Sequence record: MW812342.1 | Direction: 5' to 3' (one strand) | DNA length: 64,000 nucleotides | In this document: piece by piece, positions 8,596 to 17,251 of the stretch | Layout of the letters: each line of letters opens with the position of its first letter | Position numbering within the stretch: the stretch's first letter is position 1 | Notes under the pieces: model-generated | Database searches by the model: none | What the model saw: the letters and a program-made list of their open reading frames with translations, nothing else | What the model was told of the DNA's origin: nothing | Position numbers and translations under genes: made by a program

Positions 8596-8640
8596 AAAGC
8601 CTACCTACTCCCGAAGGAGTAGGTAGCTTTATTTTTTTTT
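8589..8640. terminator. Bidirectional intrinsic terminator
   Basis: A-tract, hairpin CTACCTACTCC-CGAA-GGAGTAGGTAG, T-tract, between convergent genes; identical to 25380-25430. Confidence 0.9.
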
Positions 8641-9394
8641 ATTTTGAATTGGCCTTTAAGGCTTTCAGTCTATCCCCGGTCTGGCTTAATGCTTGAATCA
8701 GCTCGTTGTTCTGTTTCATGAACAGACCAAACAGCTCAACCCAATCGGATGCCATATCCAGCATCTTGACGATTTCAGCAGCACACTGCGGGTGTACCGG
8801 TGTTTCTGCTAACTCATCTGTGCTGGCACCGATGCTGGCAATCAGCTTATCGATGTTACGCTTGAGCTTTTCGGTAATCTCTTTGCTCAGTGCTTTGCTG
8901 CGGTTGAACGCCACATCAATTTCACCGGCATTGTGGAAGACCTTCTCAATCGGACGTTGGTCGACCGACGTTGTGGTGTAAGACACGGCCAATTTCTTGA
9001 CGAGGTCTTTCGGGTCAACGTTTTTGAGGGGGTACTTCAAATCTTTGAAGCGGAACCCGACAGGAATGGTAAGCATCCCTTTGTCATGGGTAAATGCGGC
9101 CAGTTGGCGGTTCACCGGTTCCAGCACACCGTCAATCAGGTTGTCCAGTACCGACCAGACCGATTCCAGACGCTGGATATGGTCAATCATGTACACGTTC
9201 AGGCCCGGTGGTACGGTGACAAGCATCCCAGAGAAGTGCAGGAACTTCTCTTGCTGCATCCACTTGGACATTGCCGACATGTCATCGTAGTTTGCCGGTT
9301 TGATTTCTTGTTCGCTTCCGTTAAACGTTTTAGGAAGCACAGCCGACACTTTCGAGGCAAAAGTAGAAAGCGCGGCAATCGGGTTCAGGTTCAT
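8639..9394 (-). CDS. Conserved helical protein, probable virion/head component (phiKZ gp153-like position)
   Basis: About 250-aa helical ORF divergent from the uvsX operon. Assignment by recalled synteny between RNase H and UvsX. Confidence 0.55.
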   Translation of the reverse strand: MNLNPIAALSTFASKVSAVLPKTFNGSEQEIKPANYDDMSAMSKWMQQEKFLHFSGMLVTVPPGLNVYMIDHIQRLESVWSVLDNLIDGVLEPVNRQLAAFTHDKGMLTIPVGFRFKDLKYPLKNVDPKDLVKKLAVSYTTTSVDQRPIEKVFHNAGEIDVAFNRSKALSKEITEKLKRNIDKLIASIGASTDELAETPVHPQCAAEIVKMLDMASDWVELFGLFMKQNNELIQALSQTGDRLKALKANSK

Positions 9395-9430
9395 TTTCAC
9401 CTCGGTGGAAGGGTAGGCTACATACTAAGT

Positions 9431-9461
9431 CTTTTTACGGTTAAGCCCTGTGTTATGTAGA
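9431..9461 (+). promoter_or_regulatory. Putative middle-class phage promoter CTTTTTACG-N14-TATGTAGA
   Basis: Both boxes identical to, and spaced as, 17948-17978; upstream of the uvsX operon. Confidence 0.7.
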
Positions 9462-9486
9462 CGACTAACCCCCTGAGGAATTCAAG

Positions 9487-9762
9487 ATGCAAATCAAAAT
9501 GTTTACGCGTGCCTTGTCCGCGAAATTCGAACCTGAAATCTATTTTACCCCCCTGCGCAAAGACAATGAGGGTAACCGTCTGGTGGTTGGCCGCGTCCTT
9601 AAATCTGAAACGCTGGCTGACGGTAAGCGTCAGTTGACGATTGAAATCGACGATCGCAACAAAAACCGTTTCAAAGACGTTGGCGAAGAAGCCTGGGTCG
9701 AACAACACTTCGAAATCAATAACAAGCGTCGTCTGATGCTGCCTACCAAAAAACGCAGCTAA
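9487..9762 (+). CDS. Small hypothetical protein upstream of uvsX
   Basis: 91-aa ORF, RBS GAGGA, codon usage typical of highly expressed genes. Confidence 0.8.
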   Translation: MQIKMFTRALSAKFEPEIYFTPLRKDNEGNRLVVGRVLKSETLADGKRQLTIEIDDRNKNRFKDVGEEAWVEQHFEINNKRRLMLPTKKRS

Positions 9763-9774
9763 CGGAGCATCGAC

Positions 9775-11274
9775 ATGGCAGGTCCAGCAAAACAAGTTAT
9801 GGGCGAAGTGATTCGTCCACGCTTTAACGTCTACACCATTATGGATCACGCACTCGGTACGTACGTGAAAGGTGAAGACGGTCTCTACTACCTGAACGGT
9901 GGTTTTGCCCACATCATGGGCTTTGCGGGTCGCGGTAACACCTTTAAGTCGACGTTGATGGATTTCTGCATCTTCCAGATGCTGATTCGTTACCGTGCTG
10001 CATGGGGGTCGAAGTTTGATACCGAGGTCTCAGCAGCACTCGATCGTTTAGAGCAGGGTTACATCTCTGCGCAGAACGCCAACGGCATCCATGACGGGTC
10101 TTCTGTTCTGAGCCTCATTGAGGATCAGCGTTATAACCTCGTCGGCTCTGACGTGATGCCGGGTGAAGAATATTACGCCAACTACATCCGTGATGAAGTA
10201 GAAGGTCGTTTCAAAGCGTATATGGGTGGCAAGGGTGTGCGTGAGACGCCGTTCCCTGACCCGGTACGTAAACGCAATAAAACCATGAATGACCCGTGGT
10301 ATTATTCCATCGACTCCCTGTCTGAGTGGCACTCGTCTAAGATTGAAGACAAACACTCTGAAACCAAAGTCGGTGACTCTGAGCAGAACGCCCTGAACAT
10401 GCGTGACTCACTGGAGAAATCCAACATGATGTCTCGCTGGCCGTCTGCGCTGGCGCGTGGCGGTTTCTTCCTAGCCTTCGTTGCACAGCTTGCCGACGAT
10501 TCCGGTAAAGCAATGTCGCAGGGTGGCAGCAAAGCGAAACCGGCTAACGCCAAACTGCTCGATGATGCAGGCGATGATCTGAAATTCGCCGGTATCCCAC
10601 GTCGTCAGATTTCCTTCCTGACCAACTCCCTGCTGGTAGCAACCAAATCGGGCGAGCTGAAACACGAAGGTAGTTACGACGCGAAGACCGGTGTCAACGA
10701 AGAGTTGTACCCAACCAAGCGTTCGAAGGCAATGAATGCCTCGGTGAACGACCTGAAAGAAATCGTCTTCACGCAGTATCGTGCGAAGGGCGGACATACG
10801 GGTGTGAAATTCCGTATGGTGTTCTCTCAGGAGATGGGTCTGCTGTATCACCTGTCGCTGTGGCATTACCTCGATAAGGTACTGAAAACCGAATACGGTT
10901 ACACCAGTGCCGGTTCCGGTGGTGCGATTAAAGAGCTGGCGATTCTGCCGGGTCTCAAATTCGGTCGTACAACGATTCGCGATCTCTGCGATGAGAATGT
11001 CCGTCTGCGTCGTGCGCTGGAGATTACCGCAGCACTGGCGTACATGCAGAACAACTACCACCGTCTGGAAATGAAGTACCATATCTCTCCTCAGGAATTG
11101 TATGAGAAGATCAACGAGAAATGGGACTGGGATGAAATCCTGGATAACACCGTTGAGTATTGGATGTTCAAAGACCAGGAAGTCAAAGGTGGTAAACGCA
11201 CACTGACGGCGATGTCTCTGCTGGCAATGGCGGTGGATGGTCTGGAACCGAAGTTCTTAACCAAGAAAAAGTAA
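9775..11274 (+). CDS. uvsX: UvsX/RecA-like recombinase (phiKZ gp152-like)
   Basis: Walker A GFAGRGNTFKST, Walker B-like YYSIDSLS, 499 aa, conserved position near RNase H and vRNAP beta-C. Confidence 0.85.
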   Translation: MAGPAKQVMGEVIRPRFNVYTIMDHALGTYVKGEDGLYYLNGGFAHIMGFAGRGNTFKSTLMDFCIFQMLIRYRAAWGSKFDTEVSAALDRLEQGYISAQNANGIHDGSSVLSLIEDQRYNLVGSDVMPGEEYYANYIRDEVEGRFKAYMGGKGVRETPFPDPVRKRNKTMNDPWYYSIDSLSEWHSSKIEDKHSETKVGDSEQNALNMRDSLEKSNMMSRWPSALARGGFFLAFVAQLADDSGKAMSQGGSKAKPANAKLLDDAGDDLKFAGIPRRQISFLTNSLLVATKSGELKHEGSYDAKTGVNEELYPTKRSKAMNASVNDLKEIVFTQYRAKGGHTGVKFRMVFSQEMGLLYHLSLWHYLDKVLKTEYGYTSAGSGGAIKELAILPGLKFGRTTIRDLCDENVRLRRALEITAALAYMQNNYHRLEMKYHISPQELYEKINEKWDWDEILDNTVEYWMFKDQEVKGGKRTLTAMSLLAMAVDGLEPKFLTKKK

Positions 11275-11280
11275 TCTGTT

Positions 11281-11300
11281 GTGGCGGGGCAACCCGCCAC
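11281..11300 (+). promoter_or_regulatory. GNRA hairpin without U-tract
   Basis: GTGGCGGG-GCAA-CCCGCCAC, an 8-bp stem between the uvsX stop and the next RBS. Confidence 0.55.
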
Positions 11301-11314
11301 TTGAGGAGCAACCC

Positions 11315-11596
11315 ATGCGTTATCAAAATGATATTGTCGAGCGGTTGCGTCAAGGTATTGCAGCAGTAAATCGTGAGGTGAGTGATCAGCTGGTTGTTGA
11401 GCTGAGTAAACCCCACCACAACCTCTCCGATTTTGCACAGTGTACGAATCAGTTCTACACCAAGCTGCTCGGTACGAATGGCGCTAACCAACACGCGTTC
11501 AGTATTCCTGAGAATACGGACGCCATCCCGTTCTGGATTGAAGATCTGGAATCCGCAGTCTTGCCTGTCCTGCGTGTCGCGGGGGCAATGCAATGA
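11315..11596 (+). CDS. Small conserved hypothetical protein upstream of vRNAP beta-C
   Basis: RBS GAGGAG then ATG 11315; ATGA overlap with the next gene. Confidence 0.75.
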   Translation: MRYQNDIVERLRQGIAAVNREVSDQLVVELSKPHHNLSDFAQCTNQFYTKLLGTNGANQHAFSIPENTDAIPFWIEDLESAVLPVLRVAGAMQ

Positions 11597-12261
11597 AATT
11601 AGATCCTGCACGCCGTAAGAAGGCCGAAGCGTTTATCTATCAGCTGTTAACACTCATCGACCCGTCAGGGATTAACACCGAAGCCGCGAAAGCGTCGATT
11701 CCGGGGTTAAGCGACGAAGACTTTAACAAGCTACGCCACGGCATTCCGATTTATAACCCGGCGGGCAGTAAGGTGCAAATCGACCACATGCGCAACGTAG
11801 AAATTTGTCGTGCGCTGGGGTTAGAGTTGTGCCAGCGTCTGTACTTTACGGAACCGAAGACGGGGCTTGTGCACCGGACTCGTTGGCCGCATATTGTCGT
11901 GCCCTTACCGGTACGCCGACAGACGCAGATGCGAGAAAAGAAAATTGCTGTTGCGAAGAACGACCGTGTTCGCGACAAACTCTCTGGCCAAGTGGTCGGT
12001 CCATCCAAAGCGTCCGGGGTCTCCTTCCCTGAGTCGTACATTATGTTCTCGGATGGTCTGGACAACAGCTTGGAAGAGTTCTTGCATGCGCGTGGAGGTA
12101 ACGAAGCACTGCAACGTGCGTTCTACCAATCCATCCGACTAACTGGCCAAGGCCGTATCAAGATACCCGGTGCAGAGCGCACCTCCAGTAAAGCCACTCG
12201 TACGTGGAGTGCCTATTACAAAGCCATGGGTATCGGTAACAGCATAGGTTCCCCGCAATGA
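11593..12261 (+). CDS. rpoB: Virion RNA polymerase beta subunit, C-terminal fragment (phiKZ gp149 / SPN3US gp218-like)
   Basis: 222 aa with RpoB C-terminal-like segment R..QM..KK...DKLSGQVVG..KASGVSFPE...LEEFL.ARGG. Confidence 0.8.
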   Translation: MKLDPARRKKAEAFIYQLLTLIDPSGINTEAAKASIPGLSDEDFNKLRHGIPIYNPAGSKVQIDHMRNVEICRALGLELCQRLYFTEPKTGLVHRTRWPHIVVPLPVRRQTQMREKKIAVAKNDRVRDKLSGQVVGPSKASGVSFPESYIMFSDGLDNSLEEFLHARGGNEALQRAFYQSIRLTGQGRIKIPGAERTSSKATRTWSAYYKAMGIGNSIGSPQ

Positions 12262-12986
12262 GAACAGGACGTCGCTATCTGGTAGATATAGATACACTTT
12301 TCGACACCCGCTTAGGTTGGGCGAAGGTCATTGCACCTGAGGCGTTAGAGAAACTCGAGTTAGATGCTTTCCGTAAACGTCACACCGATATCTGGGCAGA
12401 AGCGATTGGTATCCAAAACTGGTCTGAACAACTCAAACAACGTGACAAACGCGCGTTGTTCATGTCAGACCCGACAGAGTTTCTGTTGGGTTTGAAGAAT
12501 CAGGTGCTCGTTGACTTGACCACATTAGTAATGTCGTCGCCGATTGACCGACCGACTGTTACGATTAACATGTGGCCTTACACCGACCTCACGGCTGAGC
12601 AATCGGACACGTTCTTACAGAACTTCCGTCAGCTGTACAACGAGGTTAAGGTGGACATGGTCTATATCGATCACAAAGATCTTTCTCCCGGACGTCTCGA
12701 CAGCATGTGGGACATCTGGTACATGTTCGACTGGTTTAATTGGGTCACTGTCCACGCGGGAAATTTTGCGAAAAAAATACCCCAGTTTAAAATCCACCCG
12801 CCAGCGTTGCTGACGGACGGACTTACGACTGAGGCGATTGAAGCGATAGAGCGCGATGGGGTGAACCCGTTTAGCGCATTGACACGGTTCATGGAAGAAC
12901 TGGTCACTATCGATCCGGTGGATGCCCGGCTGTATTCTATTCTTCGTCCGCTGAACCCCCAGGACGAGCAAACGCCACAGCCATAA
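12258..12986 (+). CDS. Conserved phiKZ-like protein with HAD-like N-terminal DxD motif
   Basis: YLVDIDTLFDTRLG at the N-terminus; ATGA-coupled to beta-C. Function uncertain. Confidence 0.6.
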   Translation: MRTGRRYLVDIDTLFDTRLGWAKVIAPEALEKLELDAFRKRHTDIWAEAIGIQNWSEQLKQRDKRALFMSDPTEFLLGLKNQVLVDLTTLVMSSPIDRPTVTINMWPYTDLTAEQSDTFLQNFRQLYNEVKVDMVYIDHKDLSPGRLDSMWDIWYMFDWFNWVTVHAGNFAKKIPQFKIHPPALLTDGLTTEAIEAIERDGVNPFSALTRFMEELVTIDPVDARLYSILRPLNPQDEQTPQP

Positions 12987-13401
12987 TGGCATTCACGTCA
13001 ATCTTTTCGCCAACGGGTGCCAGCTCGCCTTCTTTGTGTTCCTGTTTAGGGACGTTAGGAAGTGCGGGTTGGTACCCGGTGTTTTCTTCGTTGTTATCGT
13101 CGTGTCGTTGGATACGCACACCCGGACGGCCCAGCACGACGGAGTTCAGTGCATTGGCCACGTCTTGTGCAGCCCCGGCGGTTTTCTGTGCCGCTTCGGC
13201 ACGACGCTTACCGAGGATTTGCCTGTCGACACCCGACAGCATTTTCTCAAGGGAATTGACGAGGTCTTTGTCTTTATGGACGTTCTCGTCTTCCATAATG
13301 AGGTTAGCCACGCGAATACGGGCTTGGCGGGTTTGGCGGAGAAGCGACTCTTCGTCATCAACATCTCCGTCGAAGGCTTGGTACTTCACTTCTTCGCTCA
13401 T
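12937..13401 (-). CDS. Conserved hypothetical protein
   Basis: 154-aa ORF with an upstream GAGGA RBS on the minus strand; 3' end overlaps the convergent gene by 50 bp. Confidence 0.7.
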   Translation of the reverse strand: MSEEVKYQAFDGDVDDEESLLRQTRQARIRVANLIMEDENVHKDKDLVNSLEKMLSGVDRQILGKRRAEAAQKTAGAAQDVANALNSVVLGRPGVRIQRHDDNNEENTGYQPALPNVPKQEHKEGELAPVGEKIDVNAIMAVAFARPGGSADEE

Positions 13402-13433
13402 GGGTATTCCTCTTTTTAAAAAAGAACTCAGAC

Positions 13434-13450
13434 AGATATTATCTTGATGA
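13434..13450 (+). promoter_or_regulatory. Putative early promoter AGATATTATC-N4-TGA
   Basis: Motif copy 26 nt before ATG 13476. Confidence 0.65.
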
Positions 13451-13475
13451 GATTATCTCAACTAAGGATCAACTT

Positions 13476-14009
13476 ATGTTGTTCGAATGGCTCACGTTTC
13501 CTTTAAAGCGATACGCCCATAAGCGGCGTAGAAGCTATTTAGAGGCCGAGTTCCATAAGAATACCCAGAATACTTATCAGAGGGTCCTAATAGGCTTAGC
13601 GTTGCTTACAGAACCTCTGGAGTATAACGGTGCTACTTACCGTAGTATTGACCTGATGGGTAATCTGGAACTCCGGTGTAAAAGCTTCGATATCGTTCAT
13701 CAGCGGTTTGCATTTCTGCTGCGTGAATACGATCGGGTGCTGAACACCACTGGACGCAATCCAGACTGGAGTCCCTATCCTGCGGTGATTGACCCGCAGC
13801 AGGATAAACCGTTGTTGCGCTGGTTCGATGAGTATTTCGGCACAAGCAGCACGGATGTCGTACGGCAGAAGTTACGTCGAACGTACGAACTGTTAGAGAC
13901 TTATCGAGACGTGTATAGCAGTAAAACCAACCCGGAACAGGATGTGCTGTTTAACCTGACACGCCATCTCGTTCGTGAGTTAGAGACCATAGTGGAACAC
14001 TACCTCTGA
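13476..14009 (+). CDS. Conserved hypothetical protein
   Basis: 177-aa ORF, RBS TAAGGA. Confidence 0.8.
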   Translation: MLFEWLTFPLKRYAHKRRRSYLEAEFHKNTQNTYQRVLIGLALLTEPLEYNGATYRSIDLMGNLELRCKSFDIVHQRFAFLLREYDRVLNTTGRNPDWSPYPAVIDPQQDKPLLRWFDEYFGTSSTDVVRQKLRRTYELLETYRDVYSSKTNPEQDVLFNLTRHLVRELETIVEHYL

Positions 14010-14040
14010 CTCGTTCATCTCCTTGGAACAAGGGCGAACT

Positions 14041-14883
14041 ATGAGTAAGAAAAATAGCAAGTTGAAAAAGTTGCTGGCAGAAGGCGTCCCAGACGATACC
14101 CCGATTGGGATATACCTTCGTACAGCGTACTGGAATCTCGTGAAACACGAAATGCGTTTAGCTCCGGTGGACTGGATGGTGTTGTTGAAAGCGTACGTGG
14201 CGGATGAGCGCTTCGTGGGCCGTTCAACAGCAGAGCCAAAGGAGCGTGAAAGTCGACTGATTAACGCCTTAACCGGTGGTTCGGTAAGGGGCGTCAGTGT
14301 TGACTTCACTTGGGTGCGATTCATTGAAAGTTTGGTGATGTTGCGCATCGAAACGTTAACGTTAACTGCGAAAGCAACCCGTGGGAAATTTGGGGCAGAG
14401 AAAGTCGTGCACGGCTCATGCAGTCCCAAACAGGATTTACTGCGGATTGTCAACGGAGAGGCGGACGAAGACCTGAAAGGGTCAGCGAGTCAAACGTTAA
14501 ACGCGTTCTTCAAAGACCGGCAGCGTACGGCGTCGCAGGTCATGGAGCACATCTTACTCAAAGTCTTATGGGGTTTCTTTGTTGAATACAACATCGACTC
14601 TGAGATGTGGCGCAAACTGTCAACGGCTTATGTTAATAACCCGAAGAACTGTCCGGCTCTGTCTAACCGACGCAACGACAAGCGGCACAATTTGCAATCA
14701 GCGATTCGTTACACGAAGAAGATTTCGTGGAAGAAGTTCCTTGAGGCGCTGAAAGCGATTGATGTTCGTGAGTTCCGTTGTGCGTTCTTGTGTACCAACG
14801 ACAAGAACCAGTCCTTCGAGACAGAAATCGTCGTTGACCTAACCCAACTCGTTTTCTGGAGTAACCGCAATGAGTCTGAATAA
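14041..14883 (+). CDS. Conserved basic hypothetical protein (phiKZ gp147-like position)
   Basis: 280-aa K/R-rich ORF with two internally similar halves (LL.AYV.../W.KF.E.L); start 14041 preferred. Confidence 0.7.
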   Translation: MSKKNSKLKKLLAEGVPDDTPIGIYLRTAYWNLVKHEMRLAPVDWMVLLKAYVADERFVGRSTAEPKERESRLINALTGGSVRGVSVDFTWVRFIESLVMLRIETLTLTAKATRGKFGAEKVVHGSCSPKQDLLRIVNGEADEDLKGSASQTLNAFFKDRQRTASQVMEHILLKVLWGFFVEYNIDSEMWRKLSTAYVNNPKNCPALSNRRNDKRHNLQSAIRYTKKISWKKFLEALKAIDVREFRCAFLCTNDKNQSFETEIVVDLTQLVFWSNRNESE

Positions 14884-16198
14884 ACTGAGCGGGTTTTCTA
14901 GCTCGCTTGAAAGCAAAGCGAGTGGTGCGATCGACCGGGTCAACAATGTCCAAAATGCGGCGGTCAACACCGTCAATAATGTACAGAACGGGGTGAACAA
15001 CGCCGTTAACCGTGTGCAGGATACCGTGGATGGTGTAGAACGGGGCGTTCAAACCGCCCAGAACCTCTACAACGACACGGTGGACAAGGCCGGGAAAGCC
15101 TATGACAGCCTGACCAATGGGGCCAGCAGTATTAAGGATAAGCTCGGCAACCTGTTTGGGGGAAGCGATTTAGCCACCTCCAATGCGGTCAAGGCACCGG
15201 GGTCGGCGGAATCGGGTACCTCGCCCGGTAGCCGTATCGCGGGCTTCTCAACCGATCCGAAAGAAACGCTTCCGAGCATCAACCCGTTAAACCGTGAAGT
15301 AGCTGAGCCGTTCAAGCCCAAGAACGAAGCGGCCACTGGGGTGCTCGATTACCTGAAACCCGGTAAGGCAGGCAGTCTGCTGTCACAAGGGTTCAGCAAG
15401 CTTACCGCGTTGCGTGACAGTGCGCTGGGTGCGATTGGTACCGACTATGCTTCCGTCAAGAAGCGCATTGAGTCGACCATGCAAGTCGCAGGCCAGTTAG
15501 CCCGTCTGCCGGGTGAGGTGCAGCAAGAGATTAACTCGTATGTCTCTGCCGTTAACCAAGCCCGTAACGAAATCACCGCGGTGATTGATGGGGCAACCCA
15601 AACCTTCAAGTCCTTCAAAGACTTCGATGATTATCTGGCAATCGATAGTTTCATTGAAAGCTTCAAGGGCAGTAACAGTCTGGCCAATTTTGATATTGGT
15701 ACAACCTCTGGTCTCATCTACGGCTTATCCAGCAAACTGTCTGAGTACGGTCTGCCGGAGAAAACCGTGTCCATGGTCGATGCCATTACTGACCCGGTTG
15801 CCAAACGCGCCATGTATGGCGAGTTACTGGTACAGGCAGCCAGCGTTGGGAACATCGACACCGTGGAGTTCTATCTGACCAAACTCGAACCCGGTCAAGG
15901 GTTGGAGCTGGCCAACGATGTTATCCAGAAATTGTTCGGGAGCCTCCAAGTCGACACTGGCGTGGGATTAAAATCTTACGGCACACGCTTGCTGAGCATC
16001 TGTAATTCACTCGATCCGAAATGGGACAAGACAAAAGTCGCCCCGATACGTACCGAGTTGCTGAATTACACGTACTGCAATATCAACGCATTGCAGGCAC
16101 TGTTAACAACCGACAAACGCAAGTATGTGTGTGCGGCGGGTAGCCGTCGTCTGCAACGTGCGGATGTGTTAGTTAACCAGTTCTTCCCGGCAGCCTGA
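14870..16198 (+). CDS. Probable virion structural protein with N-terminal 11-aa repeats
   Basis: 442 aa with a low-complexity N/V/Q-rich N-terminus. Virion role by recalled synteny. Confidence 0.6.
   Translation: MSLNKLSGFSSSLESKASGAIDRVNNVQNAAVNTVNNVQNGVNNAVNRVQDTVDGVERGVQTAQNLYNDTVDKAGKAYDSLTNGASSIKDKLGNLFGGSDLATSNAVKAPGSAESGTSPGSRIAGFSTDPKETLPSINPLNREVAEPFKPKNEAATGVLDYLKPGKAGSLLSQGFSKLTALRDSALGAIGTDYASVKKRIESTMQVAGQLARLPGEVQQEINSYVSAVNQARNEITAVIDGATQTFKSFKDFDDYLAIDSFIESFKGSNSLANFDIGTTSGLIYGLSSKLSEYGLPEKTVSMVDAITDPVAKRAMYGELLVQAASVGNIDTVEFYLTKLEPGQGLELANDVIQKLFGSLQVDTGVGLKSYGTRLLSICNSLDPKWDKTKVAPIRTELLNYTYCNINALQALLTTDKRKYVCAAGSRRLQRADVLVNQFFPAA
14915..15112 (+). repeat. Coding tandem repeat, about six 33-nt (11-aa) units
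   Basis: KASGAIDRVNN / VQNAAVNTVNN / VQNGVNNAVNR / VQDTVDGVERG / VQTAQNLYNDT / VDKAGKAYDSL. Confidence 0.75.
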
Positions 16199-16210
16199 AG
16201 GTAAAAGATT

Positions 16211-17245
16211 ATGACAAACGTTGAAATGAGAGAACTGCGTGACCTGATTGCACTGGTACGCGGTTCGGACTGGGAACCCGAAGTACGCGATCGCATTGTG
16301 GCACGGTTAATACTGGCGCAGCTTCAAGGGCCAAACTGGACACATGCGTTCAACAAATCACTGCCACTCGAACAGCGGGTGATGGGGTTTGATTCAAGCG
16401 CAATGGATAGAACGTTAGCGAGTAGACTGGCGACATCGCTGGGCTTGTCGTTGGTCGAGAAAATCGGCCAGTTCGATCCGATTTGGTTTGATGGGGAACT
16501 CTCCTACCTGTCTGCGAATCCCCAGTTCCGTGAGAAGATTGTGCGTCGTTTACGCTCAGTCGGTTATCGGAGCTTGGCCACAGACGCGATACCGTCAACC
16601 GACGGTCTCAACCATTACAACATTTATTCGCAGTCTCGCAACCCGGTAGGTCAACTGGCAAGTAACTTTGCCTCCAGCCCTGATGGGTCGTACTTTGATA
16701 CCCCGCATGGCCCGTATCGTACGCTGGAAGGTTATTACCACGTCCTGCGTGTGCTGGATTACTTTCTGCACATTGATGCCGAGGAGGAAATCTCTGATTA
16801 CCCCCTCCATCAGTTCAATGGCGATCCTGTCGAGCGTGACCTGTTTATCCTTGAATGCTTCAGCATGAAGTTTCCTGAGATTGGCCGGATGCGTGAGGTA
16901 GATGGGGCAGAAGGGATACGGGCAGGTCGGCTGTTGAAGAAAGCGGTTTACGGTGGGTCACGTTACCGTCCGGGTGCATTCTCTGAGCATGTCGAGCGCT
17001 GTTTTATGAAGGCGGTCGTGCACAAGTTGCATAAACTTAAACTGGATGGCGTGTGTCTTGGGAATATCATGGCTGAGATTCATCAGCAAGGCATTCCGTT
17101 TGAGCACTACTACGTGATGAACGGGAAGATTCACATTCCAAACCATGCGGACTGGTTACCCGGTCTGTATACGCGGATTGTGGAAAACATCGACCCGTAT
17201 GCCGTGGACTTCGACCCAGAGGACGTCATCAAACAACTGGGGTAA
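16211..17245 (+). CDS. NADAR-like (T4 gp30.3-type) domain protein with N-terminal extension
   Basis: LASNFA...F.TPHG.Y.TLEGYY and later GAEGIRAGR parallel the recalled T4 gp30.3 pattern LSNFA..PF..DG..F..LEGF...GLAAQQAGR. Confidence 0.55.
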   Translation: MTNVEMRELRDLIALVRGSDWEPEVRDRIVARLILAQLQGPNWTHAFNKSLPLEQRVMGFDSSAMDRTLASRLATSLGLSLVEKIGQFDPIWFDGELSYLSANPQFREKIVRRLRSVGYRSLATDAIPSTDGLNHYNIYSQSRNPVGQLASNFASSPDGSYFDTPHGPYRTLEGYYHVLRVLDYFLHIDAEEEISDYPLHQFNGDPVERDLFILECFSMKFPEIGRMREVDGAEGIRAGRLLKKAVYGGSRYRPGAFSEHVERCFMKAVVHKLHKLKLDGVCLGNIMAEIHQQGIPFEHYYVMNGKIHIPNHADWLPGLYTRIVENIDPYAVDFDPEDVIKQLG

Positions 17246-17251
17246 ATCGAT

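Noticed and set aside
12986-13447. 153-aa plus-strand ORF
   Set aside because: Antisense to the 12937-13401 gene, which has the better RBS and composition; the Ser-rich translation is typical of a shadow frame.
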